64,000 nucleotides of DNA, taken from an uncultured Gammaproteobacteria bacterium. Lineage in GTDB: Bacteria; Pseudomonadota; Gammaproteobacteria; UBA9214. How positions within the stretch are numbered: the first letter of the stretch is position 1; each line of letters opens with the position of its first letter. The translations under genes and the position numbers were made by a program. Shown here in pieces: positions 33,940-45,730 of the stretch. The stretch is from contig CAVYZN010000008.1 in NCBI GenBank assembly GCA_963773065.1, forward strand, positions 229,752-293,751. The letters run 5' to 3'. The notes below the pieces were generated by a model that worked only from the letters and a program-made list of their open reading frames with translations, did no database searches and had not been told where the DNA came from.

Positions 33940-35064
33940 TCAGAACGTGTGCTTCGCACCCAGGGTGTAGCACCGGACCAGATCGTACAGATCACGATTA
34001 CTATTAAAGTCACCATCCGGCTTGGATCCTATATAGCCTAAGTAAGCCAGCGTGCGCTTGCTGAAGTTGTGGACACCGACAACCTCCCAGGACTTGAACT
34101 TTGGCTCATTTATAGCATTAGCGCCGGCGGGGGAGCGTGTCGTCGGTGGTGCTGGCGTTGTCATCCTGACCATAGCCGGCATAGAGCATGTTGTTGCCCA
34201 TGGTGTAGGTGCCGCCGACCATCCAGACGTCCGCGCCATCACCGTCGTTAGTCTGCCCCAGCGTACCAGTAACGGAGTCCGTGATGAGGCCCATGTCTTT
34301 CTCGTACTGGCCGAAGACGGCGAAGTTGTTAAACGTGAATTTGGCGCCGACACTGGCCGCCGCATCATCACCGTCTGAGTTATTGCTGATATAGGCCGCG
34401 TTGATCAGGAAGCCGCCGTTCTCGTAGCTGACGCCGCCACTGTAGGGGCCCTTAGTACGCGGATCGTACTGCTATCGGGCTGAATGGTATAGGTGGCGTT
34501 AAGCTTCAGGCCGTTCCAGTCCGGGCTATCATAACCCACGGTGTTGGTCGCGCGACCTTGCCCGATGTCGCCCTTTCCGTTGTGCAGATTGGACTGCAGG
34601 CCGATATTACGCTGCTGGGCGACGGTACGATAGACCGGGTCGAGCTACGGCGCCGTAGGCCTTGTAGACGGTCGACATGGTGCCGGCCTTCAGCCGTGCC
34701 GAAGTTGCCGCCAAAGCCCAGCCACTGGTCACGACCCGAAAACCGCCATGGCGGGGTACTAGTGCCATTGCCGTTGATGTCATACTCCGAAGTCGAGGAA
34801 GAACAGCGCCTTCAGGCCGTTGCCCAGATCCTCGCTGCCCTTGAAGCCGAGGGAGCAGTCGGTACACACCAGATGGGTATTGTTGTCGCCCTTGGCAACA
34901 AGATTAGGGTAGAAATTTTGACCGCCTGAATTTTGAATCCTACCGCCGTCGACATAGGCAAGAGATTCGTCGATATGACCGAAGACCTGGACGTCCGCCT
35001 GCGCGACGCCCACGCCACCGGCCAAGATCATGCCGATCACTGTCGGTAAAAGTTTCTTAGTCAT
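33940..35064 (-). CDS. Gram-negative porin family protein (multiple frameshifts)
   Basis: AQADVQVFG, GFKGSEDLGNGLKA, C-terminal LGAKHTF. Confidence 0.82.
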
Positions 35065-35390
35065 GATATTCCCCTTTAACACAGTTGATAGAAAATCGGG
35101 TTCGGTAATAAAGCTACTGTCATTGCACTCGGGTACTTTACAACAGTGTAATGCAAAAATGCAACAGTTTTTTTCAAAAAAACTACAAAAATCTGCATTC
35201 TGTTGTACAAATGCAACGGATCAGGCGGTTTTGATAAGTCGGTGACTCGATTTGCCCCAGTCAGTTTGAGAGGTCACTCATCGTATGATTCAGGCAAGCC
35301 AATTTTGCCGCGCGCGTTCGTCGAACCCGAGTTTCTCAACCAACCCCCACAACGAAAACAGCCCGCCGGATGGCGGGCTGTTTCGTCAAA

Positions 35391-35464
35391 TGGCTGGGGG
35401 ACTAGGATTCGAACCTAGGTTGACGGAGTCAGAGTCCGTAGTCCTACCACTAGACGATCCCCCA
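35391..35464 (-). tRNA. tRNA-Gln (CTG)
   Basis: TGGGGGATCGTCTAGTGGTAGGACTACGGACT-CTG-ACTCCGTCAACCTAGGTTCGAATCCTAGTCCCCCAGCCA; terminator at 35355-35385. Confidence 0.97.
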
Positions 35465-35480
35465 GTAGGATTAGGAGATC

Positions 35481-35870
35481 TTAACGCTTGGAGAATTGTG
35501 GTGCGCGACGTGCCTTGTGCAGGCCTACCTTCTTGCGTTCCACCTGCCTGGCATCGCGGGTTACAAATCCGGCGCGACGCAGTGGGGAGCGTAGTTCGCC
35601 ATCGTATTCAATCAGCGCACGGGTAATACCGTGGCGAATGGCGCCCGCCTGCCCGCTTATGCCGCCGCCCCTGACGGTTACGGTGATATCCAGCCCACCT
35701 TCCATATTGGTTTTCTGGAGGGGTTGACGCACGATCATGCGGGCTGTTTCACGGCCAAAATATTCATCCAGCGGGCGACTGTTCACGGTGATGTTGCCTG
35801 CACCCTTGCACAGGAAAACACGTGCCGTGGATGTCTTGCGGCGACCGGTACTGTAATAGGTTTCACTCAT
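35481..35870 (-). CDS. rpsI: 30S ribosomal protein S9
   Basis: [44 protein letters not shown]. Confidence 0.98.
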   Translation of the reverse strand: MSETYYSTGRRKTSTARVFLCKGAGNITVNSRPLDEYFGRETARMIVRQPLQKTNMEGGLDITVTVRGGGISGQAGAIRHGITRALIEYDGELRSPLRRAGFVTRDARQVERKKVGLHKARRAPQFSKR

Positions 35871-35928
35871 TTCCGGGCTTCCTGTAGCCATCGGCTGTGT
35901 AGCCAATGGACCTTATCCGTCATGGCGA

Positions 35929-36357
35929 TTAGATTTCAAGCGTTTTGGGTTGCTGGGCGGCGTGATGGTGAATAGGACCTGCGTAGATCTTAAGCTTGCG
36001 GAACATGGCCCGCCCCAGCGGGTTTTTTGGCAACATGCCCTTCACGGCAATTTCGATCACCCGCCCGGGCTTCTTGACCTGCAGTTTCTCGAAATTGATC
36101 GACTTCAAGTTGCCGATATAACCGGTGTGATGGTAGTACATCTTGTCGGTCGCCTTGCGGCCGGTGACATGCACCTTGTCGGCATTGACAACGATAATAT
36201 AGTCGCCAGTATCCACGTGCGGCGTATATTCGGGCTTGTGCTTGCCACGCAGACGACGGGCGATCTCGGTGGCGAGACGCCCGAGTGTCTTGCCGGTCGC
36301 GTCAACGACATACCAGTCGTGATTCACCTCATGCGCTTTCGCGGAAAATGTCCTCAT
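35929..36357 (-). CDS. rplM: 50S ribosomal protein L13
   Basis: [28 protein letters not shown]. Confidence 0.98.
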   Translation of the reverse strand: MRTFSAKAHEVNHDWYVVDATGKTLGRLATEIARRLRGKHKPEYTPHVDTGDYIIVVNADKVHVTGRKATDKMYYHHTGYIGNLKSINFEKLQVKKPGRVIEIAVKGMLPKNPLGRAMFRKLKIYAGPIHHHAAQQPKTLEI

Positions 36358-36452
36358 TGGAGTAACCTAGCCCTGCCCAATCAAAGAGCGGGGATGTTAC
36401 AAAAGTCGCCTCTAACTTACAAGCTCTCGCTGGAAAGTGCCCACGAAAGGAC

Positions 36453-36553
36453 AAAAAAAAGCGCGGTTTTGGTAACCGCGCTCAAAGTACCTCCTTGGGG
36501 GAGGTGGAGGAGCACTGATTGGCTAATAAAAAGGGGGGCAAGCCAATCAGCGT
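36453..36553 (-). ncRNA. Candidate small RNA
   Basis: TTGACT-N17-GAAAAT promoter, perfect 10-bp hairpin, C-rich tract, GCGCGGTT/AACCGCGC-T8 terminator. Confidence 0.6.
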
Positions 36554-36722
36554 GTAAGTATTTTCTTATATACTATTCATAAAGTCAAGTATCGCGATTA
36601 TTAACATTTTGTCATTCTGACGATCATTACCATCCCATTGATTTATAGAATTTTTGCATTCTGTTATATTAATTGGGTTTGCCAGCACGTAGTCGGCTTA
36701 CCATCACTTGGCGACCCATCAG

Positions 36723-37031
36723 CTAGATCCTCAGCCGCTCAACCACCCTGCCATTTAGCAAATGCTCCTCGATGATCTCGTCCACATCTTGCTGATCAAC
36801 ATAGGAGTACCAGACCCCTTCCGGATACACAACGATTACCGGTCCTTCTTCGCAGCGGTCAAGACACCCTGCGGTATTTATGCGGACACCCCCGGAACCG
36901 TCGATGGCCAGGTCCTTGCAGCGCTGTTTGGCATGATTGCGCATGCCCAGCGCATCATAGCGCTGACAGCAGGCGCTGCCATCTTCCCGCAGGTTGGTAC
37001 AGAAAAACACGTGATAGCGATAGTAGGACAT
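36723..37031 (-). CDS. Thioredoxin-like [2Fe-2S] ferredoxin
   Basis: HVFFCTN...CC...GCLDRCEEGPVIVVYPEGVWY. Confidence 0.93.
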   Translation of the reverse strand: MSYYRYHVFFCTNLREDGSACCQRYDALGMRNHAKQRCKDLAIDGSGGVRINTAGCLDRCEEGPVIVVYPEGVWYSYVDQQDVDEIIEEHLLNGRVVERLRI

Positions 37032-37112
37032 GCAGTAACGATACCTGAGTATACCCGCCAGGTAAAAACAGCAGGCTGGGTCGCACCCTCCCGATCATGC
37101 TATCTTGTTTTC

Positions 37113-37757
37113 GTGAATGAGCATAATTTGACATTTTTTGACCGTTGCATTGAGCAGTTCGACCAGGCTGTCAAAACCATGTTCGGCCAGCCAGTGGGAT
37201 CAGGCCGGGCCAATCCGGCCCAGACGGCAACAGGCGATAAACTCTCGGCAACTGAGAAAGCCGAGAGCATTTGCCTGATGAGGGTGAACCATGCAGGTGA
37301 GGTTTGCGCCCAGGCTCTCTATCAGGGGCAGGCGATGACCGCACGACGCAACGAGGTCCGTGAACTGATGCAACACGCAGCAACGGAGGAAAATGATCAT
37401 TTACTGTGGTGCCAGCAGCGTCTCGATGAACTCGGCGGACATGCCAGTCTGCTGAATCCCTTATGGTATACGGGATCACTCCTGATCGGCGCGGTAACCG
37501 GGTTGCTGGGGGATAAATGGAGTCTGGGTTTTCTGGCAGAGACGGAACATCAGGTCGTCAACCATCTTCTGGCACACTTGGAGCGCCTGCCTGTGGCCGA
37601 CAGCAAGTCCAATGCCATACTGCAACAAATGAAAGAAGACGAAGCAGGGCACAAGGCAAGCGCGCTACTTTCGGGAGGCTCAGCGTTACCCGAGTCCGCG
37701 AAAAAGGTCATGACCCTGATGTCCCGGGTCATGACCAAAACGGCTTACCTAATTTGA
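37113..37757 (+). CDS. coq7: Demethoxyubiquinone hydroxylase (di-iron)
   Basis: MRVNHAGEVCAQALYQGQ, EENDHL, SLLNPLWY, ETEHQV..HL, DEAGH. Confidence 0.93.
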   Translation: MNEHNLTFFDRCIEQFDQAVKTMFGQPVGSGRANPAQTATGDKLSATEKAESICLMRVNHAGEVCAQALYQGQAMTARRNEVRELMQHAATEENDHLLWCQQRLDELGGHASLLNPLWYTGSLLIGAVTGLLGDKWSLGFLAETEHQVVNHLLAHLERLPVADSKSNAILQQMKEDEAGHKASALLSGGSALPESAKKVMTLMSRVMTKTAYLI

Positions 37758-37884
37758 CAATCCAGGGTTCATGAGATGGTCGGCTGATTGCTGTCGCGCA
37801 GGAAACAGGCGGTGCTACCGTCATGAGATGCCGGATACCACAGCCAGTGCGATCCATCCCTGTCAGACGTGTGTTCCAGTCTGC

Positions 37885-38700
37885 TTATTTCACTCGTAGG
37901 CCACGCTTCAAGTTACGGCCGTAAAACATCTCCAGCATTTCACGCCTGACTTGCTTGTGAATCTTGCATTGCTGCTCGAGCGTGAGTTCATCCTTGCCGA
38001 CGCCGAGCAGGTAATCATCCAGTTTCAGATCTTTCAGCATCATTTTGGTGTGGAAAATATTCTCCTGGTAAACATTGACATCAATCACCTGATAACGGTC
38101 AACGGTATCGAGGGACAGGTAATTCTGGATGGAGTTTATCTTGTGATCGATGAAGTGCTTCTTGCCGCTCACATCACGGGTAAACCCGCGGACCCTGTAG
38201 TCCATGATGACGATGTCCGACTCAAAACTATGTATAAGGTAATTCAGCGCCTTCAAGGGCGAGATGCGCCCGCAGGTGGATACATCGATATCGGCACGAA
38301 AGGTACTGATACCATTATCCGGATGACTTTCAGGATAGGTGTGTACCGTGATATGACTCTTGTCCAGGTGTGCGACCACGGCATCCGGCAACGGGCCGGG
38401 AGCCTCGGTATTTGACAGCCTTTCGGAAGTCATAGTCTCTTCCGAGATCAGCATGGTCACACTTGCGCCCTGGGGTTCATAATCCTGTCGCGCGGTATTA
38501 AGAATAGTGGCACCGATGATTTCAGCGACATCGGTCAGGATCTGCGTAAGTCGCTCGGCATTGTAGGCTTCGTCAATATACTCGATATATTTTCTGCGGT
38601 GGGCTGGCAGGTCCGCATAGCAGATATCGTAAATATTGAAACTCAGGGTCTTGGTGAGGTTGTTAAACCCATGTAGCTTGAGTTTGCGCATATCAATCAA
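37885..38700 (-). CDS. speD: S-adenosylmethionine decarboxylase proenzyme
   Basis: [44 protein letters not shown]. Confidence 0.96.
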   Translation of the reverse strand: MIDMRKLKLHGFNNLTKTLSFNIYDICYADLPAHRRKYIEYIDEAYNAERLTQILTDVAEIIGATILNTARQDYEPQGASVTMLISEETMTSERLSNTEAPGPLPDAVVAHLDKSHITVHTYPESHPDNGISTFRADIDVSTCGRISPLKALNYLIHSFESDIVIMDYRVRGFTRDVSGKKHFIDHKINSIQNYLSLDTVDRYQVIDVNVYQENIFHTKMMLKDLKLDDYLLGVGKDELTLEQQCKIHKQVRREMLEMFYGRNLKRGLRVK

Positions 38701-38828
38701 CCTCCAGGCAAGCGGATAGCAGGAAGCAATGGGTGAGTGATAGACAATCCGGAGTAATCATGCCCGCATACCCCTGTTTGCTGACTTCAATGCGACGTGA
38801 CGCATCTCCAGTTTAGCCGCAGATTGGT

Positions 38829-39269
38829 TCATGCGGACTCATCACCTGCCTTGCCGGCTGGAACGACCTCGTAGTCATGTGTGATCTCTACCGTGTTACT
38901 GAGCATGATTGAAGCCGAGCAGTATTTTTCGGCGGAAAGCTGTATGGCACGGGCCACCTGTTTCTCGGACAAACCATCTCCGCTGATGACAAAGTGCACA
39001 TGTATCCGAGTGAATACCTTGGGCGGCTTATCGGCCCTTTCCGCTTCCAGTTCAACGACACAATCCGTTACCGGTTGCCGGGCTTTTCCCAGGATGTACA
39101 CCACATCGAACGCCGTACAACCACCCATCCCGAGCAGGAGCATTTCCATGGGGCGTATGCCGAGATTCCTTCCTCCACTATCCGGAGGACCGTCCATGAC
39201 CACCGCGTGGCCACTGCCGGACTCACCGACGAACGTCGCACCCTCGATCCATTTTATCCTTGCTTTCAT
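38829..39269 (-). CDS. OsmC/YhfA family protein
   Basis: RPMEMLLLGMGGCTAFDV, SAEKYCSAS; divergent from crp. Confidence 0.92.
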   Translation of the reverse strand: MKARIKWIEGATFVGESGSGHAVVMDGPPDSGGRNLGIRPMEMLLLGMGGCTAFDVVYILGKARQPVTDCVVELEAERADKPPKVFTRIHVHFVISGDGLSEKQVARAIQLSAEKYCSASIMLSNTVEITHDYEVVPAGKAGDESA

Positions 39270-39369
39270 GTAGTTCCGTAAATTGCAGCGATTTATTAGG
39301 CCTACCACACCAGCAGGACCGGCCCACTCTCACCCCTCAAGAAGTCGGCATATTAACCGATAAGGACAT

Positions 39370-40035
39370 ATGCACGGAATCCCACAGACACGCGACATGG
39401 AAAAGACACGTATCCCGACAGGCATCAATCCCTGTGTCCAGCGGTTCCTCGAACATTGCCACCGTCGCAAATACCCGCCAAAAAGCGTCATCATCTACGC
39501 GGGGGACCAGCCGGATGTGCTGTATTACATCATTAAGGGCTCGGTCACCGTCCTGATCGAGGACGAGGAAGGTCACGAAATCGTTCTGGCTTATATCAAC
39601 TCCGGCGGCTTTTTTGGTGAAATGGGGCTGTTCGGAGAACATCCCAATCGCAGCGCCTGGGTACGCACGCGCAGTGAAACCGAAGTTGCCGAGATCAGTT
39701 ATCCCCGCTTTCGCGCCCTGGCTAAGGATGATCCGGACATTCTGCTGGAGTTGACGGCACAGCTTGCCACGCGCCTGCGTAAAACCAGCCGCATGGTCAG
39801 CAATCTTGCCTTCCTGGATGTCACCGGCCGGGTCGCGCATACACTGCTTGAGCTTTGCAAGGAACCGGATGCCATGACACATCCGGATGGCATGCAGATC
39901 AGGGTCACCCGTCAAGAAATCGGTCGCATCGTGGGCTGTTCCCGCGAGATGGCCGGCCGAGTACTCAAGGCATTGGCCGAACAGGGCCACATCTCCGTGA
40001 AGGGTAAGACTATCGTGGTGTTCGGAACACGCTAG
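39370..40035 (+). CDS. crp: cAMP receptor protein (Crp/Vfr)
   Basis: [44 protein letters not shown]. Confidence 0.95.
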   Translation: MHGIPQTRDMEKTRIPTGINPCVQRFLEHCHRRKYPPKSVIIYAGDQPDVLYYIIKGSVTVLIEDEEGHEIVLAYINSGGFFGEMGLFGEHPNRSAWVRTRSETEVAEISYPRFRALAKDDPDILLELTAQLATRLRKTSRMVSNLAFLDVTGRVAHTLLELCKEPDAMTHPDGMQIRVTRQEIGRIVGCSREMAGRVLKALAEQGHISVKGKTIVVFGTR

Positions 40036-40046
40036 GATCCGGAACA

Positions 40047-40850
40047 TTACGACCGGCCAAACAGCTCAACCAGCTTCTCACCCGGTTCGGGAGCCTTCAT
40101 AAAGGCCTCGCCGACCAGGAAGGCATTCACTCCCCGCGATCGCATCAACGCCACATCAGCGCTGGTATGTATGCCGCTCTCGGTCACTACCAGGCGGTCA
40201 TCCGGAATCTCCCCCAGCAGCCCCAGCGTGACTTCCAGATTGGTCTCGAAGGAGCGCAGATCGCGGTTATTGATGCCAATCAGCGTTATTGGCGTCTTCA
40301 GCGCACGTTCCAGTTCTACCCGCTCATGTACTTCGAGCAGTACGTCCATGCCCAGATGCGCGGCCAACTGCAGCAAATCGAGAAGCATGGCATCGCCCAT
40401 CGCCGCCATGATCAACAGTACGCAATCCGCCCCAAGCGCCCTGGCCTCGTAAACCTGGTACGGATCGATAATAAAATCCTTGCGCAGCACTGGCAGGGAA
40501 CAGGCCGCCCGTGCCTGCTGCAGGTAGCTGTCGGCGCCCCTGAAAAAATCCACATCGGTCAGAACGGAAAGACAGGCGGCGCCGCCCCGCTCGTAACTCA
40601 CTGCAATCTGTGCAGGATCAAAATTCTCGCGCAACATGCCACGGCTGGGCGATGCCTTCTTTACCTCGGCAATGACGGCAGGCCGGCCGGCTTTGATCTT
40701 TCGGTACAGACTACCAAGGAAATCCCGCGGCAGAACGGCGTCCTCGACAAGCCGGCTCAGTAGGCGCAGATCCACCTTCCGGTTTCGCTCTTTGATCTCC
40801 TCAACCTTGCGCGCCAGGATCTTTTTCAGAATATCGGGGGTCTCCGCCAT
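40047..40850 (-). CDS. trpC: Indole-3-glycerol phosphate synthase
   Basis: [34 protein letters not shown]. Confidence 0.97.
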   Translation of the reverse strand: MAETPDILKKILARKVEEIKERNRKVDLRLLSRLVEDAVLPRDFLGSLYRKIKAGRPAVIAEVKKASPSRGMLRENFDPAQIAVSYERGGAACLSVLTDVDFFRGADSYLQQARAACSLPVLRKDFIIDPYQVYEARALGADCVLLIMAAMGDAMLLDLLQLAAHLGMDVLLEVHERVELERALKTPITLIGINNRDLRSFETNLEVTLGLLGEIPDDRLVVTESGIHTSADVALMRSRGVNAFLVGEAFMKAPEPGEKLVELFGRS

Positions 40851-40859
40851 GCAGCTCTC

Positions 40860-41876
40860 TCAGACGGCATTCGAAACCCGGATCAATTCCTCCAGGGTTA
40901 TCCTAGCCTTGCCGATGCGCAACGCCTCGCGCGCGCGTTCTATACCATCCACCAGGGATGCGGACACGCCGGCCGCATAGATGGCCGCGCCGGCATTGAG
41001 TATGACGATATCACGCGCGGGGCCGGCCTCGTCATCCAGCACACGCCGGATGACGGCCAGACTCTGTCCGGCATCCTCAACCGCCAGCGTGGACAATGCC
41101 GCGCGCGGCATACCAAAGTCTTCCGGCGCGAGGGTGTAGAACGAAATCCCCCCATGCTTCAGTTCGGCCACCCGGGTGGGTGCGCCGATGCTGATTTCAT
41201 CCAGGCCGTCATCGGCATGCACGACTAGCACGTGCTCGCTTCCGAGCTGCTTGAGTACCTGCGCCAGCGGTTCGAGCCACTGCCGGCTGAATACACCAAG
41301 CACCTGGTTGGGTGCGCCGGCCGGGTTGGTCAACGGACCAAGCAGATTGAATAGCGTGCGTATACCCATCTCCCGGCGCGGTCCGATGGCGTGTTTCATG
41401 GCGCCGTGATGCTGAGGCGCGAACAGGAAGCCCACGCCCACCTGCTCGATACAGGCAGCCACCTGTGCGGGTGTCAGGTCCAGACGCACCCCGGCCGCCT
41501 CCAGCACATCGGCACTGCCGGATTTGCTGGATACGGAACGGTTCCCGTGCTTTGCAACTCTGCCCCCCGCCGCCGCGGTCACCAGCGCGCTGGCCGTGGA
41601 GATATTGAAAGTGCTGGCGCCATCGCCACCGGTACCACAGGTATCGACCAGGTGTGGCCCGGCCACCTCGACAGGTGTTGCCAGCTCCCGCATGACGCTC
41701 GCGGCGGCCGCGATCTCATCGACCGTCTCGCCCTTCATGCGCAAGCCTATCAGGAAGCCGCCGACCTGCGCCGGCGTCGCCTGTCCAGTCATGATAAGCC
41801 GCATCACCGACTGCATTTCTTCACTGCCGAGATCACGACGCTCGATAACGGCTCGAATGGCTGACTGCATGTCCAT
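40860..41876 (-). CDS. trpD: Anthranilate phosphoribosyltransferase
   Basis: [34 protein letters not shown]. Confidence 0.97.
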   Translation of the reverse strand: MDMQSAIRAVIERRDLGSEEMQSVMRLIMTGQATPAQVGGFLIGLRMKGETVDEIAAAASVMRELATPVEVAGPHLVDTCGTGGDGASTFNISTASALVTAAAGGRVAKHGNRSVSSKSGSADVLEAAGVRLDLTPAQVAACIEQVGVGFLFAPQHHGAMKHAIGPRREMGIRTLFNLLGPLTNPAGAPNQVLGVFSRQWLEPLAQVLKQLGSEHVLVVHADDGLDEISIGAPTRVAELKHGGISFYTLAPEDFGMPRAALSTLAVEDAGQSLAVIRRVLDDEAGPARDIVILNAGAAIYAAGVSASLVDGIERAREALRIGKARITLEELIRVSNAV

Positions 41877-41910
41877 CAGACGTTCACTCCGAGGCTACGA
41901 TCGGGGGGCT

Positions 41911-42489
41911 CTAGTGTTCCAGAAAATTGCGCAGCAGATCATGGCCGCAGCCGGTCAAAATGGATTCCGGATGGAATTGCACGCCTTCGACCGCGAGTTC
42001 CCTGTGCCGTACACCCATGATTTCATCGAGGCTGCCCGGGCCACCTGCCGTCCAGGCCGTAACCTCGAGGCAAGCCGGCATGGAATCGGCCTCGATCACC
42101 AGCGAGTGGTAGCGGGTCGCCTCAAACGGATTCGGAAGACCGCGGAATACCCCCAGCCCACCATGGTGAATCAGTGAGGTCTTGCCATGCATGATCTCGC
42201 GCGCATGGACGATCCGCCCCCCAAAGGCCTGGCCGATACTCTGATGCCCGAGGCACACCCCGAGAATGGGAATACGGCCGGCGAATTGCCTTATGGTATC
42301 GACGGACACTCCCGCCTCGTTGGGCGTACACGGGCCGGGGGAGATAACGATTCTTTCCGGATGCAGGGCCTCAATTTCCTGTAGCGTAATCTTGTCATTG
42401 CGGTAAACGCGCACATCCGCACCCAGTTCTCCGAGATACTGGACGAGGTTATAGGTAAAGGAATCATAATTATCGATCATCAGCAACAT
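41911..42489 (-). CDS. trpG: Anthranilate/ADC synthase component II
   Basis: [33 protein letters not shown]. Confidence 0.95.
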   Translation of the reverse strand: MLLMIDNYDSFTYNLVQYLGELGADVRVYRNDKITLQEIEALHPERIVISPGPCTPNEAGVSVDTIRQFAGRIPILGVCLGHQSIGQAFGGRIVHAREIMHGKTSLIHHGGLGVFRGLPNPFEATRYHSLVIEADSMPACLEVTAWTAGGPGSLDEIMGVRHRELAVEGVQFHPESILTGCGHDLLRNFLEH

Positions 42490-43322
42490 ATAACAGATAT
42501 CCTATTGTTCTGCATTGTATTGATTGTCTGTTATGTTTTTTGGTACCCGCTAGGATACCCGCATTTTCTTGCGATACCCACGCTCTGAATGTGTAGAACC
42601 GAAAGCACGAAAGTTACTATTGTCGCTTAGATCGGCCTCGGTATAAACCACCACTTACCTCTACAAGTGTTTGGTAGGTGAGAGGAGATTCGTTCTTGAA
42701 CACAGCGGAACCGCAAACAGAAAGCCCGGCGCTTGGCCGGGCTTCTTGGAGCAAATAGAGTATCCCTCTAAGGGAGGCTATTCCAAGCAGCCATATGTAA
42801 GCTATAGCAACCGCAGTTGGTAAGGCGGACGCGCAGCCTGACGGCGGATAAAAGGATCATCTCCGACCGGCACCCAGAACAGATCCATCTGCCCGGTCAG
42901 CGCGGCGCGATTCGCCAGCAGAGTGTCGATCACTTCAACGCCGTCCATATGTCGAGTGCGCAACAATGCTTCGGCCAATGTACGTGTCAGCGCCGATACA
43001 CGCGGCAACCGGAAATACGCCCGACAAGCCTCCGTGATGAGATGCTGCCATGGCTCCATGTGCCGGTGGTAATACTCTTCCACAAACGAGGGTTCATCCG
43101 ATGCAGGAATCAACTCGGCTTTCCGTTCGAGATCACCCCATGCCCCACTGGTGAGATCATCCTCTGAGATCAAATTGAACTCCGCCTCGGCGACGGCCCC
43201 AGCATCGTAGATCCAGCATTCGCAGCGCCAGAGCCGCAACAGTTCCGGCAACATCCGGCGACGCTGATTGGCAACGTCGATAGCCTGCGCCAATTCACCG
43301 CACAAACCCTCACTCCATGTAG

Positions 43323-45730
43323 CTGACCTTTACCCACAACAATGACTGGACACAGTGCGTATTGTGTCGTAGAGTTGCGGCATGGTCACGATTGCTGGAC
43401 GGACATTTTCGCCGGACATTCTGTCGCGCATCACCGAGACGGTGAATGCGGAGCCGAACATTTCGCGACGGCAACTGTCGCTGCGCGTGTGCGAGTGGAT
43501 GGAGTGGCGCAACGCGAGCGGCCGACCGCAGGAGATGAGTTGCCGCAAGAGCTTGCTGGAATTGCATCGGCGCGGCGCGGTCAAGTTGCCAGCACTTACG
43601 CGTCGCTACGCCTTCCAGGAGGCGCGGCAAGCGCTGGCATGCCCACCCATCGCCGAGGTGCACTGCACGCTGGCGGAGTTGGGCGAGGTGGAGATCATCC
43701 GCGTCACCTCGAACGCCTTGTCGGCGCTGTGGCGCGGGATGCTCGATGCGCATCATTACTTGAAGGGCGGGCCGCTGTGCGGTGCGCAGTTGCGTTATCT
43801 GGTGCGTAGCAGCCGTTACGGCTGGCTCGGGGGCTTGAGCTACAGCGCGTGTGCGCTTCGCGTGGACTGTCGCGACCGTTGGATCGGTTGGACCGAGGCG
43901 ACACGCCAGCGCAATCACCCGCTGGTAGTGAACAACAGTCGTTTTCTGATTGCGCCGAGCGTCCAGGTGAAGTGTCTGGCATCGTGGGTGCTGGCACGCG
44001 CCCAAGCCCGCTTGGCGCAAGACTGGGAGCAGGTGTATGGGTATGCTCCGGTGCTGCTGGAGACGTATGTGGAGCGCGGCCGTTTTGCCGGAACCTGTTA
44101 CCGTGCGGCGAATTGGACGTGGGTCGGAACCAGCGCAGGGCGCGGCCGGCAAGGCACGGGGGCGAGCATCAAGGACGTGTATGTCCTGCCGCTGTCGCGG
44201 GCTTGGCAGAGCCAATTGTGTCGCGAGGCGGATGGTCAGGTGCGCGTCGCGTCCGCGCCATTGCCACGCGCACCGCGTGACTGGATAGAGGCGGAACTGG
44301 GAGGAGCGAACATGGGCGATGCGCGTTTGACCGCCAGACTGCTGCAGATGACCGGCATGTTCTACGACAAGCCGACGGCGAACATTCCCCAGGCCTGTGG
44401 CTCGGCGATGGCGGCCAAGGCGGCGTACCGGTTTCTGGACAACGAAAACGTGCGGTGGCCGGCGATCCTGACGTCGCATTACGCGGCCACCGAGGCGCGC
44501 GTGCGTGAGGCGCCTCTGGTGCTGGTGGCACAGGACACCACCACACTCAATTACAGCACCCATCCCCATACCGACGGTCTGGGACCGATCGGCACCGACA
44601 GCGAGCAGGTGCGAGGGCTGATGGTGCACGACACGCTGGCGTTCACCCCCGAGGGCACGCCGTTGGGGCTGCTGGACCTGCAATGCTGGGCTCGCACGGG
44701 AATTGGCAGCCGTCATGAGCGCCACAGCAAACCCATCGAGGACAAAGAGAGCTTCAAGTGGGTCGAGAGCTATCAAGCGGTCTCGGCGGTGCAGAAGCGT
44801 TGCCGCAACACCGTACTGGTGGTGATGGCCGATCGCGAGGCGGATATCCACGAAGTGTTCGCCGCGCAGGCCAGGACGGCGCATGGGGCGCAGTTGCTGA
44901 TCCGCGCCGAGCGCTCGCGCAACCGCCAAGTCCTCGGTGATGAAGACACCCATGAGTCGCTGTGGCGGGTGCTGGAGCAACAACCCGTCATCGGCAAGCG
45001 CGAGTTGCTGATCCCGCCGAATGAGAAACGGGCGGCACGTCAGGCACGCTTGGCAGTGCGCGCGGCCGCTGTTATCCTCAAGCCCCCGGCGCGCCGCCCC
45101 CAACTGGCGCCGGTGCCGGTGTGGGCGGTGTTGGCCCAGGAGATCAATCCGCCGGCTGGAGTGGAAGCCCTGGAATGGATGCTGCTCACCAGAGTGGAGG
45201 TCGAGCACAAGGACGACGCGTTCCAACGTCTGACTTGGTATGCGCGCCGCTGGGGCATCGAGGTCTATCACCGTATCCTCAAGAGCGGTTGTCGCGTCGA
45301 GGCGCGGCAACTGGAGAACAGCCATCGTCTGAGCAACTGCCTGGCAATCGATCTCATGGTGGCGTGGCGCATCTTCTATCTGACCCTGCTTGGCGAGCAC
45401 ACCCCCGAGGTGCCCTGCACCGTGTACTTCACCGACTCGGAGTGGCGTGCGTTGATCACCTTCGTGAACAAAACCAAAACGCCGCCCGAGTTGCCGCCAA
45501 ACCTGAATGAAGCCGTGCGATTGCTGGGCAAACTGGGAGGTCATCTCGGACGCAGTGGCGATGGTCATCCGGGCACGGAAGTACTCTGGCGCGGCATGGC
45601 GCGATTGGCCGATATCGAACGCGCCTATGATTCTCTACCATGGGGCTGCGGCTACCTGAAAATCTAACATCAAATTTGCCACCATGCCCTCAATTTCCTT
45701 GTGCTCTGAAAAGATGTGGGTAAAGATCAG
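43323..45730 (+). mobile_element. IS4-family (IS50/Tn5-like) insertion sequence
   Basis: Terminal repeats CTGACCTTTACCCACA / TGTGGGTAAAGATCAG; 10-bp target duplication CTCCATGTAG at 43313-43322 and 45731-45740. Confidence 0.93.
43382..45667 (+). CDS. IS4 transposase with N-terminal DUF4338-like domain
   Basis: VNNSRFLI, LETYVE..RF.GTCYRAANW; then GDARLTARL, QDTT, DREAD, YARRWGIEVYHRILKSGC, LGG...DGHPG. Confidence 0.9.
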   Translation: MVTIAGRTFSPDILSRITETVNAEPNISRRQLSLRVCEWMEWRNASGRPQEMSCRKSLLELHRRGAVKLPALTRRYAFQEARQALACPPIAEVHCTLAELGEVEIIRVTSNALSALWRGMLDAHHYLKGGPLCGAQLRYLVRSSRYGWLGGLSYSACALRVDCRDRWIGWTEATRQRNHPLVVNNSRFLIAPSVQVKCLASWVLARAQARLAQDWEQVYGYAPVLLETYVERGRFAGTCYRAANWTWVGTSAGRGRQGTGASIKDVYVLPLSRAWQSQLCREADGQVRVASAPLPRAPRDWIEAELGGANMGDARLTARLLQMTGMFYDKPTANIPQACGSAMAAKAAYRFLDNENVRWPAILTSHYAATEARVREAPLVLVAQDTTTLNYSTHPHTDGLGPIGTDSEQVRGLMVHDTLAFTPEGTPLGLLDLQCWARTGIGSRHERHSKPIEDKESFKWVESYQAVSAVQKRCRNTVLVVMADREADIHEVFAAQARTAHGAQLLIRAERSRNRQVLGDEDTHESLWRVLEQQPVIGKRELLIPPNEKRAARQARLAVRAAAVILKPPARRPQLAPVPVWAVLAQEINPPAGVEALEWMLLTRVEVEHKDDAFQRLTWYARRWGIEVYHRILKSGCRVEARQLENSHRLSNCLAIDLMVAWRIFYLTLLGEHTPEVPCTVYFTDSEWRALITFVNKTKTPPELPPNLNEAVRLLGKLGGHLGRSGDGHPGTEVLWRGMARLADIERAYDSLPWGCGYLKI

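Noticed and set aside
35391-35464. tRNA-Gln as an island integration site
   Set aside because: No duplicated 3' end or integrase nearby; the flanks are porin and ribosomal protein genes.
43310-45568. 752-aa antisense ORF spanning the IS4 transposase
   Set aside because: Shadow frame of a GC-rich gene; no recognisable motifs.
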